From NCBI GenBank assembly GCA_035529375.1, contig DATKWU010000004.1, positions 1 through 59,331 of the forward strand: a stretch of 59,331 nucleotides of DNA. Direction: 5' to 3'. This DNA comes from Patescibacteria group bacterium (GTDB taxonomy: Bacteria; Patescibacteriota; Microgenomatia; PFEM01; JAHIFH01). The notes beneath the pieces were generated by a model, which worked only from the letters and a program-made list of their open reading frames with translations, was not told the origin of the DNA and made no database searches. Positions 18,188 to 28,108 of this stretch are shown here, one piece after another. The stretch's first letter is position 1, and every line of letters starts with the position of its first letter. The translations under genes and the position numbers were made by a program.

Positions 18188-18841
18188 ATGATGAAGAAAA
18201 CTTCTTTCAAATCTACAACAGTAAAGGCTTACGACATAATTTCGAAGATTTTTAAAAAAGAAAGAACTCCAAATTTCTGGTTGGATGAGTTTAAGATTCT
18301 CATGGGGTTAATGGAAGCGAATAGTTTGAAAATAACTGGAAGTAAATTTTTAGACTTGGGTTGTGGCACAGGGAATGATGCCCATTTAGCGCTAGATAGA
18401 GGAATGAAATATGTTGGTGTGGATTTATCAAAGGGAATGCTTGATCTTGCTAGAAAAATGGTGAAAGGAGCGAAATTTCTTGAAATGGACGTTACCAATC
18501 TTAAGTTCGAAGATAATGAATTTGATATTGTCTGGGCCTCTGCAGTTTTACTCCATTTGAACTCTCTAGATTTAAACAAAGCTTTAAAAGAAATAAGGCG
18601 GGTATTGAAACCTGACCATTTTGCTTTTATTTCAATGGAAAAACGTCAGGAAGGAGATAGGCCGAAATCAATGAGGAGATCAATAAAAGAAGGGAAGTTA
18701 GTTAAAAGATTCTTCGCTTTGTACACGGAGTCAGAGTTTGGAAATATATTAGAGAAAGCAGGTTTTAATGTCGTGGAGACTAGTTTTAAAATTGAACCCA
18801 GTGGCCAAAAAGAGTGGCTAGGTTTCTTCGTAAGGAACTAA
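18188..18841 (+). CDS. Class I SAM-dependent methyltransferase
   Basis: FLDLGCGTG, GVDLSKGML, FDIVWASAVLLHL. Confidence 0.9.
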   Translation: MMKKTSFKSTTVKAYDIISKIFKKERTPNFWLDEFKILMGLMEANSLKITGSKFLDLGCGTGNDAHLALDRGMKYVGVDLSKGMLDLARKMVKGAKFLEMDVTNLKFEDNEFDIVWASAVLLHLNSLDLNKALKEIRRVLKPDHFAFISMEKRQEGDRPKSMRRSIKEGKLVKRFFALYTESEFGNILEKAGFNVVETSFKIEPSGQKEWLGFFVRN

Positions 18842-18848
18842 ACCCCCC

Positions 18849-18863
18849 AAAATCCTGCCACTT
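18849..18863 (+). repeat. 15-nt direct repeat aaaatcctgccactt (copy 2)
   Basis: See 16593-16607. Confidence 0.85.
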
Positions 18864-18890
18864 TCCCCTGAATCTGTTAAAATATATGGG

Positions 18891-19970
18891 ATGAGAGTCG
18901 CTCTTGTTTATGATCGGGTTAATAAAATTGGGGGAGCGGAAAGAGTTTTGGAAACTCTTCATCAAATTTGGCCTGAAGCTCCGCTTTACACCGCCGTTTT
19001 TTATCCTCAAACGGCCTCTTGGTCTAAAAAGTTTAGAGTTATCCCTTCTTTTTTAAATAAATTTCCTTTAGCCAGGAAACGCCATGAAGCTTATCCTTAT
19101 CTAATGCCTTTGGCTTTTGAATCTTTTGATTTTAGTGAATATGATCTGGTCATCTCGGTGACCAGTGAAGCGGCCAAAGGGATTATTACCCAACCCCAGA
19201 CTTTTCATCTTTGTTATTGTTTGACCCCAACCCGTTATCTTTGGAGTGGTTATGATGATTATTTTCAAAACAATTTCTTTCGTTTTTTAGCCAAACCAAT
19301 GGTCGCTTATCTCCGTTACTGGGATAAATTTGCTTGTCAAAGACCTGACTTTTATTTAGCCATTTCTCAAAACGTTCAAAAAAGAATTAAAAAATATTAT
19401 CAAAAGGATTCAGCAATTCTTTATCCACCCCTTGATATTGAAAAATGGTCTTTAGGTGAGGAAAAGGTTGGTGATTATTTCTTAGTTGTGGCCCGATTAG
19501 TTGGTTACAAGAAAGTTGATTTAGCGGTTAAGGCTTTTAATCAATTAGGTTTACCTTTAAAGATTATTGGGACTGGTAGTCAAATGGGTAGATTAAAAAG
19601 AATGGCTGGAAAAAACATTGAATTCCTGGGCCAGTTGACAGACAAAGAGCTTTTGGGCTACTATCAAAGGTGTCAAGCGCTGATCTTTCCGCAAGAGGAA
19701 GATTTTGGTATTGTACCTTTAGAAGCGCAAGCGTGTGGCAGGCCGGTTATCGCCTTTCGAGGCGGTGGAGCACTGGAAACAGTGATTGAGGGGAAGACCG
19801 GCTTGTTTTTTAACTCGCAAACGCCAGGTTCTTTAGTCAGGGCGATTAAGAAATTTGAAAAAAAGAGATTCAGTTCTCAAGCTTGTCGCCAGAACGCGGA
19901 GAGATTTAGTCAAGAGAATTTTAAAAAGGAAATTAAAGAGATTGTAGAAAAGAAATGGAAAAAGCAATAG
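18891..19970 (+). CDS. Glycosyltransferase family 4
   Basis: GGAERVL, YCLTPTRYLW, EDFGIVPLEAQACGRPVIA. Confidence 0.92.
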   Translation: MRVALVYDRVNKIGGAERVLETLHQIWPEAPLYTAVFYPQTASWSKKFRVIPSFLNKFPLARKRHEAYPYLMPLAFESFDFSEYDLVISVTSEAAKGIITQPQTFHLCYCLTPTRYLWSGYDDYFQNNFFRFLAKPMVAYLRYWDKFACQRPDFYLAISQNVQKRIKKYYQKDSAILYPPLDIEKWSLGEEKVGDYFLVVARLVGYKKVDLAVKAFNQLGLPLKIIGTGSQMGRLKRMAGKNIEFLGQLTDKELLGYYQRCQALIFPQEEDFGIVPLEAQACGRPVIAFRGGGALETVIEGKTGLFFNSQTPGSLVRAIKKFEKKRFSSQACRQNAERFSQENFKKEIKEIVEKKWKKQ

Positions 19971-21067
19971 AAAATCTCTATATTGTTATCCCTGCCGGTG
20001 GGGTCGGCACTCGTCTTTGGCCTAGATCGAGACAAGCCAACCCAAAACAGTTTCTCAAACTTTCAGGAGGTAAGAGTATTACTCAGGAAACAGTTGATCG
20101 ATTAGAGGGCTTCATTCCTTATGATCGGATCTTCGTGGTTGCTCATGATAATTACAAGCAAAAATTAGTTGAACAATTACCCAAGTTTTTACCCGAAAAT
20201 TTCATTTCCGAACCAGAAAGAAGAGGCACCAGTGCCGCCATTGGTTTGTCAGCCATGTTTATTAGAAGAAAAAATCCCCGGGGAATCGTCCATTTTTTGG
20301 TTAGTGATGATTATATTAAAGATATCGCTCGCTTTAGAAGAATGATTGAAGCGGCGGCCAAAGTCGCTGACGAAGAAAAAGCCTTGGTTGTTTATGGGGT
20401 CAAGCCAGCTTATCCGGCCACAGGTTATGGTTATATTAAAGTCAGAAAAAAAGTTAAAACAATTGGAGGTATTCCCATTTTTGAAGCCGAAAAATTTATT
20501 GAGAAACCCGATGAGAGTACCGCCAAGAAATTTATAGCGACCGGTAAATATTTCTGGCATTGTTCAGGTTTTACCTCTCGGTGTGATCTGCTTATTGCTG
20601 AGATGGAGAAGAGATGGCCTTCGGGGTTTAAACTACTGGCTAAAATTGATCAACTCGCCGGTTTACCGGCTGATGTAGAAGAAGGAGAAATCGCTAAAAT
20701 ATATCATCAGCTTGAGAATATCCCAATAGAGTACTCTATCTTAGAAAAAGCTGATAAGGTGATGATGGCCAGACAGGAAGACAGCTGGCGGGATATTGCT
20801 AACTGGAAAGTGATTTATGATATTTCTAAAAAAGATAGGGACGGTAATGTTATTATTGGGACTGGTAAAAAAGGCGAATTCATTGGTTTTGACGCTAAGA
20901 ATAATCTCATTCATTTTGATGACCAGCTTATAGCCGTCATCGGGGTGGAAGATTTGATTATTGTTGATACTGGTGATGCTGTTTTGATTTGCAAGCGGGA
21001 CCGAGCCGAAGACGTTAAAAAAATGGTTAATTTATTAAAAGAAAAAGGCAGGCAAGAGTATTTATAA
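19955..21067 (+). CDS. manC: Mannose-1-phosphate guanylyltransferase
   Basis: IPAGGVGTRLWPRSR..PKQFL, EPERRGTS, TGYGYI, FIEKPD, C-terminal beta-helix. Confidence 0.9.
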   Translation: MEKAIENLYIVIPAGGVGTRLWPRSRQANPKQFLKLSGGKSITQETVDRLEGFIPYDRIFVVAHDNYKQKLVEQLPKFLPENFISEPERRGTSAAIGLSAMFIRRKNPRGIVHFLVSDDYIKDIARFRRMIEAAAKVADEEKALVVYGVKPAYPATGYGYIKVRKKVKTIGGIPIFEAEKFIEKPDESTAKKFIATGKYFWHCSGFTSRCDLLIAEMEKRWPSGFKLLAKIDQLAGLPADVEEGEIAKIYHQLENIPIEYSILEKADKVMMARQEDSWRDIANWKVIYDISKKDRDGNVIIGTGKKGEFIGFDAKNNLIHFDDQLIAVIGVEDLIIVDTGDAVLICKRDRAEDVKKMVNLLKEKGRQEYL

Positions 21068-21071
21068 GAAG

Positions 21072-21710
21072 ATGTTATACGACTTTGTCAAACGAGGAAT
21101 TGATTTTATCATGGCGACTGCCTTGTTGATTTTCTTTTCTCCGTTACTAATTCTCATTGCCATCTTAATCAAACTAGATTCACAGGGGCCGGTTTTTGCG
21201 GATACACCGAGAAGAGTAGGTAAAAGTGGTAAACTTTTCCATATGTATAAATTTCGCTCGATGGTGACGGATGCCCACGAATTACTCCGGACTGACCCCA
21301 AGTTTCGCAATCTTTATAATCAATACAAAAGAAATAGTTACAAACTTAAAGGTGATCCCCGGATTACCCGGGTGGGACGCTTAATCAGGCGTTTTTCTTT
21401 AGACGAACTGCCCCAGATCCTTAATATTTTTAAAGGCGAGATGAGCTTGGTCGGTCCCCGGGCCTATTACCCTGATGAATTAAAACAGCAGCAAAAGGTC
21501 TACCCAAAGAGCCAAAAATATGTTAAACAATTATTAGGGGCCAGACCAGGAATTACCGGTTTCTGGCAAGTCCAGGGGAGAAGTGAGATTAATTTTGACA
21601 AACGAGTGGAGATGGACGCTTCTTATGTTAAGCGGCAGTCTCTTTTAGAAGACTTAACCATTATCTTAAAAACACCTTGGGCCATGCTTTCCGGCAAAGG
21701 AGCTTTATGA
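21072..21710 (+). CDS. Undecaprenyl-phosphate sugar phosphotransferase (Bac_transf, WcaJ/CpsE-like)
   Basis: KRGIDF, KFRSM, DPRITRVG, SLDELPQ, MSLVGPR, PGITGFWQV. Confidence 0.92.
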   Translation: MLYDFVKRGIDFIMATALLIFFSPLLILIAILIKLDSQGPVFADTPRRVGKSGKLFHMYKFRSMVTDAHELLRTDPKFRNLYNQYKRNSYKLKGDPRITRVGRLIRRFSLDELPQILNIFKGEMSLVGPRAYYPDELKQQQKVYPKSQKYVKQLLGARPGITGFWQVQGRSEINFDKRVEMDASYVKRQSLLEDLTIILKTPWAMLSGKGAL

Positions 21711-23734
21711 ACGATACTTTAAACAAAAAAATCGAATTAGAAGTCACCACTTCATCAGACAAAGAAGCAAAAGCAACGGTTGAACCTAAAACAGTTCAAC
21801 CAGAAGCAGAAGTAAAAACAGGTGAGATGAGTACAGGAAAAAAGCGGTTGGGTTTTAAATTCAAACTTCGTTTTTCCCGTAAAGCCCTTTTTCCGATAAT
21901 TGGAATTTTGGTTTTCTTAATTGTTTTTCTAACTGTTTTTCTGGCTTTGCCTCTTTGGCGAATCAAGGCTGATTTTTCCCCTTTAATGGCCAATGCCCAA
22001 AAAACCGCGGCCGCTGCTCAAACTCAAAACTTAAATCAGGCAGTGACGGGTATTCAAGAGACCAGTCAAGACTTAGATAAATTAGCCAAGGATTACCGCT
22101 GGCTGGTTTGGCTGAAATTTGTTCCCTTAGTCAGAGGTTATTATTTTGACGGAGAACGCTTAATCAAAGGCGGTCATTATCTCCTCGAAGCCGCTGATGT
22201 TGGCATTAAAGGCCTTCAACCTTATGCTGATATCTTAGGTTTGGAAGGTGAAGAGAAAAAGACGATGGAGGAGATGACGATTGAAGAAAGATTGTTATTG
22301 GTTTTGGATACGGTTGATAAACTCCAGCCAAGTTTAGAAGAGATTGGCGGTAAACTGGAATTGGCCAGAGAAGAAATTGACCAGATTGATGCCAATCGTT
22401 ATCCCCAGACTCTTTTTGGCAAAAATATCAGGGCCAATGTGGTAGCGATGATTAGCTCGATCGATGGCGCCGCCGAAATTATTCTGGAAGCTCGACCAGT
22501 AATCAGTTATCTCAAACCGCTTTTGGGTGTCCCTGAAGAAAAACGCTATCTTTTATTGTTCCAAAATGACGCCGAATTAAGACCAACCGGCGGTTTTCTG
22601 ACGGCCTATGCCATCATGTCAGTTAAAAACGGCCAGATAACCCCGGTCAGCTCTCATGATATTTATTCTCTTGATGCTCAATTAGGTAACCGGGTCGAGG
22701 CCCCGAAACCGATTCTTGATTACCATAAGAATGTTTTTTACTGGCATCTTCGGGATATGAACCTTTCGCCGGATTTTGCTGAGTCAATGGCCACCTTTTG
22801 GGAAAACTACCAAAAGGTCGGTGACAAGGATGTTGACGCCATTATTGCCGTTGATACTAAGGTTTTGGCTGATCTTTTAAGGATTCTTGGTCAAATCGGT
22901 GTTCCGGGCTGGGGAAATTTCTCGGCTGATATTGACGAGCGTTGTGATTGCCCCCAAGTCGTTTATGAACTGGAATTACAGGCTGATAAACCGATTAGTG
23001 ACTGGCGAGCCGAAAGAAAGGCCGTGATTGGTCCTTTGATGCACTCGATCTTATCCAACGCCATGGGTTCACCCCGGAAAAAATGGCCGGAATTCTTTAA
23101 TGTCGCTTTGTCAGCTATCCAGGAGAAACACCTTTTAGTCTATTTCTTTGATGAAGAGCTTCAGCAAGCGATGGAAGCTCTAAATGCCGCGGGTAGAATC
23201 AAGGAAACCGACAAAGATTATTTCCATCTTAATGACTGTAATTTTGCCGGGGCCAAATCAAACATGTTTATCAAACAAGCGGTTAGACAAGAGATTGAGG
23301 TGGCGGGCGACGGCACGGTCACCAAAACCGTCACCATTGATTACCGCAACCCGGCTCCAGCTTCAAACTGTAATCTTGAAGCCGGCGAACTCTGTCTTAA
23401 TGGTCTTTACCGAGATTGGGTTAGACTTTATGTCCCTCAAGGGAGTGAATTGATTGAAACGACCGGCGCGGAGATTGAAACCAAGGTTTATGATGATTTA
23501 GGCAAAACCGTTTTTGAAACCTTTTACGGCGACCAAGCGCCGCTAAGACCCGAAGGCACCAAACGATTGACCTTTAAATATAAACTGCCTTTTAAACTGG
23601 AAAAAGGTGATGATTACCAGCTTTTAATCCAAAAACAGCCCGGCACCTATAATCCCGAATACGAGATTACTCTTAATGGCCAGCAAGAGATTTTCGAACT
23701 GACCACTGATCGCCAGCTCCAATTAAGCCGCTAA
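21707..23734 (+). CDS. DUF4012-domain membrane-anchored protein
   Basis: LLFQNDAELRPTGGF, RDMNLSPDF; N-terminal TM; start ATG 21707 (ATGA overlap). Confidence 0.8.
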   Translation: MNDTLNKKIELEVTTSSDKEAKATVEPKTVQPEAEVKTGEMSTGKKRLGFKFKLRFSRKALFPIIGILVFLIVFLTVFLALPLWRIKADFSPLMANAQKTAAAAQTQNLNQAVTGIQETSQDLDKLAKDYRWLVWLKFVPLVRGYYFDGERLIKGGHYLLEAADVGIKGLQPYADILGLEGEEKKTMEEMTIEERLLLVLDTVDKLQPSLEEIGGKLELAREEIDQIDANRYPQTLFGKNIRANVVAMISSIDGAAEIILEARPVISYLKPLLGVPEEKRYLLLFQNDAELRPTGGFLTAYAIMSVKNGQITPVSSHDIYSLDAQLGNRVEAPKPILDYHKNVFYWHLRDMNLSPDFAESMATFWENYQKVGDKDVDAIIAVDTKVLADLLRILGQIGVPGWGNFSADIDERCDCPQVVYELELQADKPISDWRAERKAVIGPLMHSILSNAMGSPRKKWPEFFNVALSAIQEKHLLVYFFDEELQQAMEALNAAGRIKETDKDYFHLNDCNFAGAKSNMFIKQAVRQEIEVAGDGTVTKTVTIDYRNPAPASNCNLEAGELCLNGLYRDWVRLYVPQGSELIETTGAEIETKVYDDLGKTVFETFYGDQAPLRPEGTKRLTFKYKLPFKLEKGDDYQLLIQKQPGTYNPEYEITLNGQQEIFELTTDRQLQLSR

Positions 23735-23736
23735 TC

Positions 23737-24282
23737 ATGGGCAGAACCTACAAGACCGAAGGCATTATCCTCAAACGAATTAATTATGGTGAAGCCGATA
23801 AAATCCTGACCATTTACACCAAACATTACGGCAAGATCAGGGCCTTGGCCAAAGGCGTTAGGCGAGTGACCAGCCGTCGGAGCGGCAACGTTGAGCTTTT
23901 TAACCAGGCAATTCTTTTTCTTAACAAAGGCCGGAATTTTGATCTTCTGACCGAAGCCCAGGTCACGAAATCTTTTAAAGTCTGGCGAAGGGATCTTAAA
24001 AAAGTCGCTCTGGCCTATTACTTTGTCGAATTGGTCGATAAATTAACACCGGATGAACAGGCTAGTCAAGCCGTTTTCCAGCTTCTGAGTTATTATCTCA
24101 ACCAACTAGGCACGGCTAACCTGCCAGAGCTGACCAGGAGCTTTGAAGAAGCCCTTTTGAGAGAGCTGGGCTTTGGTGTTCCCCAGGAGCTCAAGCAAGA
24201 GCCTGGCAGCCTTAAGGATTACATTGAAACGATTACCGAGAAAAAGATCAACAGTCAAGAGATTGCCAAGGAAATTGATTGA
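23737..24282 (+). CDS. recO: DNA repair protein RecO
   Basis: YKTEGIILK..NYGEADKIL...GKIRALAKGVR. Confidence 0.92.
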   Translation: MGRTYKTEGIILKRINYGEADKILTIYTKHYGKIRALAKGVRRVTSRRSGNVELFNQAILFLNKGRNFDLLTEAQVTKSFKVWRRDLKKVALAYYFVELVDKLTPDEQASQAVFQLLSYYLNQLGTANLPELTRSFEEALLRELGFGVPQELKQEPGSLKDYIETITEKKINSQEIAKEID

Positions 24283-24316
24283 CTTCCTGGCTGAAAATAA
24301 GCTATATTGACGATAG

Positions 24317-25654
24317 ATGGCCGACTTAATGAATAAAATTGTTAGTCTTTGTAAAAGAAGGGGTTTTATCTATCCCGGTTCAGAAATCTATGGTGGTTTA
24401 GCTAATACCTGGGACTACGGACCTTTGGGAGTAGAATTAAAAAACAATCTCAAAAACAATTGGTGGCAGACTTTTATTCAAAAAAGAGAAGATCTTTTTG
24501 GTCTTGATGGTGGGATTCTCCTTAACCCGAAGATCTGGGAAACTTCAGGCCATACCACTGGTTTTATTGATGTTCTGGTTGAATGCAAGAGTTGCCATTG
24601 CCGTTTTCGGACTGATTCTCTTAAAGAAGCAACCAAATGCCCTGATTGCGGCGGTGAATTAACCAAACCTAAAAAATTTGTCCCGATGTTCAAGACTTTT
24701 ATTGGTCCGGTGGAAAAAGAAGCGATGTTGGCTTATCTTCGACCCGAAACCGCCCAAGCGATTTTCGTTAATTTCAAAAACATTATTGATTCTTTTCATC
24801 CCCAGTTACCTTTTGGGATTGGTCAGATTGGCAAAGCTTTTAGAAACGAGATTACTTTAGGTAATTTCATTTTCAGGAGTTTGGAGTTTGAACAAATGGA
24901 AATTGAATATTTTGTTCTCAAAAAAGACTGGGAAAAATCTTTTGAAGAATGGAAAAAATTAATGGAAAAATGGATGACTGACTTGGGCGTCGCCAAAAAG
25001 AATCTTCGTTGGCGGCCCCACGGCAAAGATGAACTTTCTCATTATTCAGAACGAACCGAAGACTTAGAATACAAATTTCCTTTTGGTTTTAAAGAGCTTT
25101 TTGGTTTGGCTTACCGAACCGATTTTGATCTTAAGCAACACGCTGAAGCCAGTGGGGTTGATTTGACTTATCAGGACCAGAAAACTAACAAGAAATTTTA
25201 TCCTCAGGTGGTCGAACCTTCTTTTGGTGTCGAACGAGCCCTTTTAGTCGCTTTGATTGACGCTTATCATGAAGAAAAGGATAAACAAGGTGTTCGAGTA
25301 CTTTTATCTCTCAATCCTCATCTTTCTCCCTATAAAGTAGCGGTTTTTCCCCTTTTAGCTAATAAGCCAGATTTGGTGAAAGAAGCGAAGAAGGTTTACA
25401 TGTTACTTCAACCTGATTTTGCTACCACCTGGGATGATCGTGGCAATATCGGTAAGCGCTATTATTCCCAAGATGAAATAGGGACGTTCCTTGGATGTAC
25501 AGTAGATTTTCAAACACTTGAAGATCAGACAGTAACTTTAAGAAACAGAGAGACGATGAAACAAATAAGAGTAAAAATCTCTGATTTAAAAAAGACAATT
25601 CAAAAAATACTTGAAGGCGAAGAGTTTTTGAAGTTTGGTAAGTTGGTCAAATAA
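24317..25654 (+). CDS. glyQS: Glycine--tRNA ligase (alpha2 type)
   Basis: LRPETAQ, GKAFRNEIT, EFEQMEIE, VVEPSFGVER, GNIGKRY..QDEIG. Confidence 0.96.
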   Translation: MADLMNKIVSLCKRRGFIYPGSEIYGGLANTWDYGPLGVELKNNLKNNWWQTFIQKREDLFGLDGGILLNPKIWETSGHTTGFIDVLVECKSCHCRFRTDSLKEATKCPDCGGELTKPKKFVPMFKTFIGPVEKEAMLAYLRPETAQAIFVNFKNIIDSFHPQLPFGIGQIGKAFRNEITLGNFIFRSLEFEQMEIEYFVLKKDWEKSFEEWKKLMEKWMTDLGVAKKNLRWRPHGKDELSHYSERTEDLEYKFPFGFKELFGLAYRTDFDLKQHAEASGVDLTYQDQKTNKKFYPQVVEPSFGVERALLVALIDAYHEEKDKQGVRVLLSLNPHLSPYKVAVFPLLANKPDLVKEAKKVYMLLQPDFATTWDDRGNIGKRYYSQDEIGTFLGCTVDFQTLEDQTVTLRNRETMKQIRVKISDLKKTIQKILEGEEFLKFGKLVK

Positions 25655-25794
25655 TTTCAGCTATTTCTCTATCAGTTTTGACGACATTTTTCGATATTCT
25701 ACTAAAATCAAAATCTAAGACTTTGCACATTTCTCTAAGGATATAAATAATGGGTTGACAAATTAATCAATTTATTTCAAGATAGATTAAGAAA

Positions 25795-26577
25795 ATGAAA
25801 AAGAATTATTTGATTATTGGCGGGGTCATTATTCTTATCTTAATAATCGTTGGCGGTTTTTGGTTTTGGCGGAGTCGCCAAGCCAAAGAACCAACGCCAA
25901 CCAAAGAACCAGAAGGGACGCTGATTGAAACCACTCTCGCAGAACGACCTTTTGTGATTCTGACTCCAACCGATGACGGTCATTGGTTGACGATTGATGT
26001 TTCTCGGATTAAAGACGCTGACAGTCTGGAATACGAACTCCTTTACAACACCGAAAGTGGGGCCACTCAAGGCAGTATTAACACCGTCAGTCTTAAAGGT
26101 GAAACTACTTATTCCAAGAAAATTCTTTTAGGTTCGGAATCAAGCGGAAGATATAAATATGATGAGGGAGTGACCCAAGGAACCTTAACCATCAGATTAA
26201 GAGGCGGTCCGGGAACAAGAAAACTGGTGACTGATTTCCATCTCCAACAAGGTGATGATGAATTAACTTCGATTGATGAAAAGTTTTCTTTAACCGGAAC
26301 TTTATCGCAAAATGATTTCTACGTGACGATGATGACCATTGGTTTGCCTGGTGAATTTGAAGGTGAAATTTTGGTGGGTCCTTATAGTGTTTTTACTTCA
26401 GGTACGGAAACGGTTAAGAATGGAGAGGTGAGTCTTAAACTACCTGATGAAGTAACTGGTGCCAAATTATCTGCCTGGACAGGGACAGAATGGCAGGAAA
26501 CAGAAGCAGAGGTCAAAGACAAAACCATTTCTGGAGAAATTGATTCTTTGGCCACTTTTATTGTTATGGCTGAATAG
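25795..26577 (+). CDS. Hypothetical single-TM exported protein
   Basis: Basic N-terminus + TM, Thr/Glu/Gly-rich beta-like ectodomain. Confidence 0.75.
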   Translation: MKKNYLIIGGVIILILIIVGGFWFWRSRQAKEPTPTKEPEGTLIETTLAERPFVILTPTDDGHWLTIDVSRIKDADSLEYELLYNTESGATQGSINTVSLKGETTYSKKILLGSESSGRYKYDEGVTQGTLTIRLRGGPGTRKLVTDFHLQQGDDELTSIDEKFSLTGTLSQNDFYVTMMTIGLPGEFEGEILVGPYSVFTSGTETVKNGEVSLKLPDEVTGAKLSAWTGTEWQETEAEVKDKTISGEIDSLATFIVMAE

Positions 26578-26644
26578 ATCTTCTCGTATCTTTCAATTTT
26601 GGGCGTGAAGCTTCGGGTTTTTTTCTGGTTGACAAATAGTATCG

Positions 26645-26690
26645 AAATAGACCAAAATGGAATAAATTGGTGACAAATGGATAAAACAGG
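26645..26690 (+). promoter_or_regulatory. Five 10-bp-phased repeats, putative MraZ operator
   Basis: aaatag/aaatgg/aattgg/aaatgg/aacagg at 26645, 26655, 26665, 26675, 26685, directly upstream of mraZ. Confidence 0.65.
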
Positions 26691-26699
26691 GGCAGGTCT

Positions 26700-27098
26700 A
26701 TGTTTTTAGGAGAATACAAACACAATTTAACCAAAGGCAATCGCTTAGCTTTGCCAAGCAAGATTAGAAATGAAATCGAAACCAGTGAAATTGTTTTGGC
26801 GAGAGGTTTTGAAGCTTGCGTTTTAGGCTATCAGAAATCGACCTGGGAAGAGATTTCAAAGGCAGAACTAGCCAAGCCAGTTTCCGAAATAGAGGCAAGA
26901 AAGATTAGACGCCAGCTCTTTTCAGGCGCCATTTTGATTGAAATTGATCAGCAAGGAAGAGTCGTGGTACCTAAAAATTTATTAAGCTATGCCAAGATCA
27001 AAAATGAAGCAATGGTGATTGGTGCCGGTGATCACTTTGAAATTTGGGACTCATTAACTTGGAAAAACTATAAGGAGGAAAATTATGGTTCGTCTTAA
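26700..27098 (+). CDS. mraZ: Division/cell-wall cluster regulator MraZ
   Basis: MFLGEYKHNL..GNRLALPSKIR, IDQQGRVVVP, IGAGDHFEIW. Confidence 0.95.
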   Translation: MFLGEYKHNLTKGNRLALPSKIRNEIETSEIVLARGFEACVLGYQKSTWEEISKAELAKPVSEIEARKIRRQLFSGAILIEIDQQGRVVVPKNLLSYAKIKNEAMVIGAGDHFEIWDSLTWKNYKEENYGSS

Positions 27099-27204
27099 TG
27101 GTAATCAAATGAGAAAAAAATTGGATAGGTCGATCCAAAGATATTATCAGAATAATCATTCAGAGACCAAGAAGAAAGCCCAGACGAATGGCAAGGTTTC
27201 ATAA
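27085..27204 (+). CDS. 39-aa basic micro-ORF bridging mraZ and rsmH
   Basis: SD taaggagg 6 nt before ATG 27085; MVRLNGNQMRKKLDRSIQRYYQNNHSETKKKAQTNGKVS; overlaps both neighbours. Confidence 0.5.
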   Translation: MVRLNGNQMRKKLDRSIQRYYQNNHSETKKKAQTNGKVS

Positions 27205-28108
27205 ACCGGTTCTTTTAAAAAAAGTTCTTGAATATTTAGAAGTTAAAGAAGGGGAGAAGTATCTTGATGCTACCGCCGGTGGCGGTGGGCATACCCAAGC
27301 AATTTTAAAATTAGGTGGAAAAATTTTAGCGATTGATTGTGATCCCGAAGCAGTTAAAGCCGCCAGGGTTTACCTGGCTTCAGCCTGCCCTCCAGGTAAA
27401 CACTACTTCTGGCGGCTGGTTTCGGGAAATTTCAAGGATCTTAAAGAGATCGCTAAAAAAGAGGGTTTCTCGGAGGTTGCCGGTATCCTCTTTGATTTAG
27501 GTGTTTCTAGTTACCAGCTAGAAACAGAAGAACGCGGCTTTTCGTTTCGAGACAACGGACCCTTAGATATGAGAATGGACCCGCGGCTAGGAGTGACAGC
27601 GGCTGATCTGATTAATGGTTTGAATAAAGGAGAATTAAATGAAATTTTTTCGAAATTTAGTCAGGAACACTATTCTCGACGCTTTGCTGAGGCTATTTGT
27701 CAGTCCCGTCGGTTAAGGCCGATTAGGACAACCGGCGAGCTGGTGGCGGTGATTGAAAAGGCTTTGCCAGGTAAAGCCAAGCGAAAAATGAAAATCCATC
27801 CAGCCACCCGAGTTTTTCAGGCTTTGAGAATCGTGGTTAATGACGAACTAAATAATTTGAAAGAGGCTTTGCCTCAAGCTCAAGATCTTTTAAAACCAAA
27901 AGGCAGGCTGGCGATAATCAGTTTTCATTCAGGCGAAGACAGAATCGTTAAACAGTTCTTTAAAGATAAAGAAAGTACTAGTCAATTAAGAATTATTACC
28001 AAGAAACCAATTAGACCAACTCTTGAGGAGATTAAGGAAAATCCTCGGAGTCGGAGCGCCAAACTAAGAGTGGCTGAAAAAAATAAAAATATAAATGAGA
28101 AAAATTAA
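27188..28108 (+). CDS. rsmH: 16S rRNA m4C1402 methyltransferase RsmH (MraW)
   Basis: HKPVLL, DATAGGGGH, DLGVSSYQL..RGFSF..GPLDMRMD, HPATRVFQALRI, NPRSRSAKLR. Confidence 0.97.
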   Translation: MARFHKPVLLKKVLEYLEVKEGEKYLDATAGGGGHTQAILKLGGKILAIDCDPEAVKAARVYLASACPPGKHYFWRLVSGNFKDLKEIAKKEGFSEVAGILFDLGVSSYQLETEERGFSFRDNGPLDMRMDPRLGVTAADLINGLNKGELNEIFSKFSQEHYSRRFAEAICQSRRLRPIRTTGELVAVIEKALPGKAKRKMKIHPATRVFQALRIVVNDELNNLKEALPQAQDLLKPKGRLAIISFHSGEDRIVKQFFKDKESTSQLRIITKKPIRPTLEEIKENPRSRSAKLRVAEKNKNINEKN

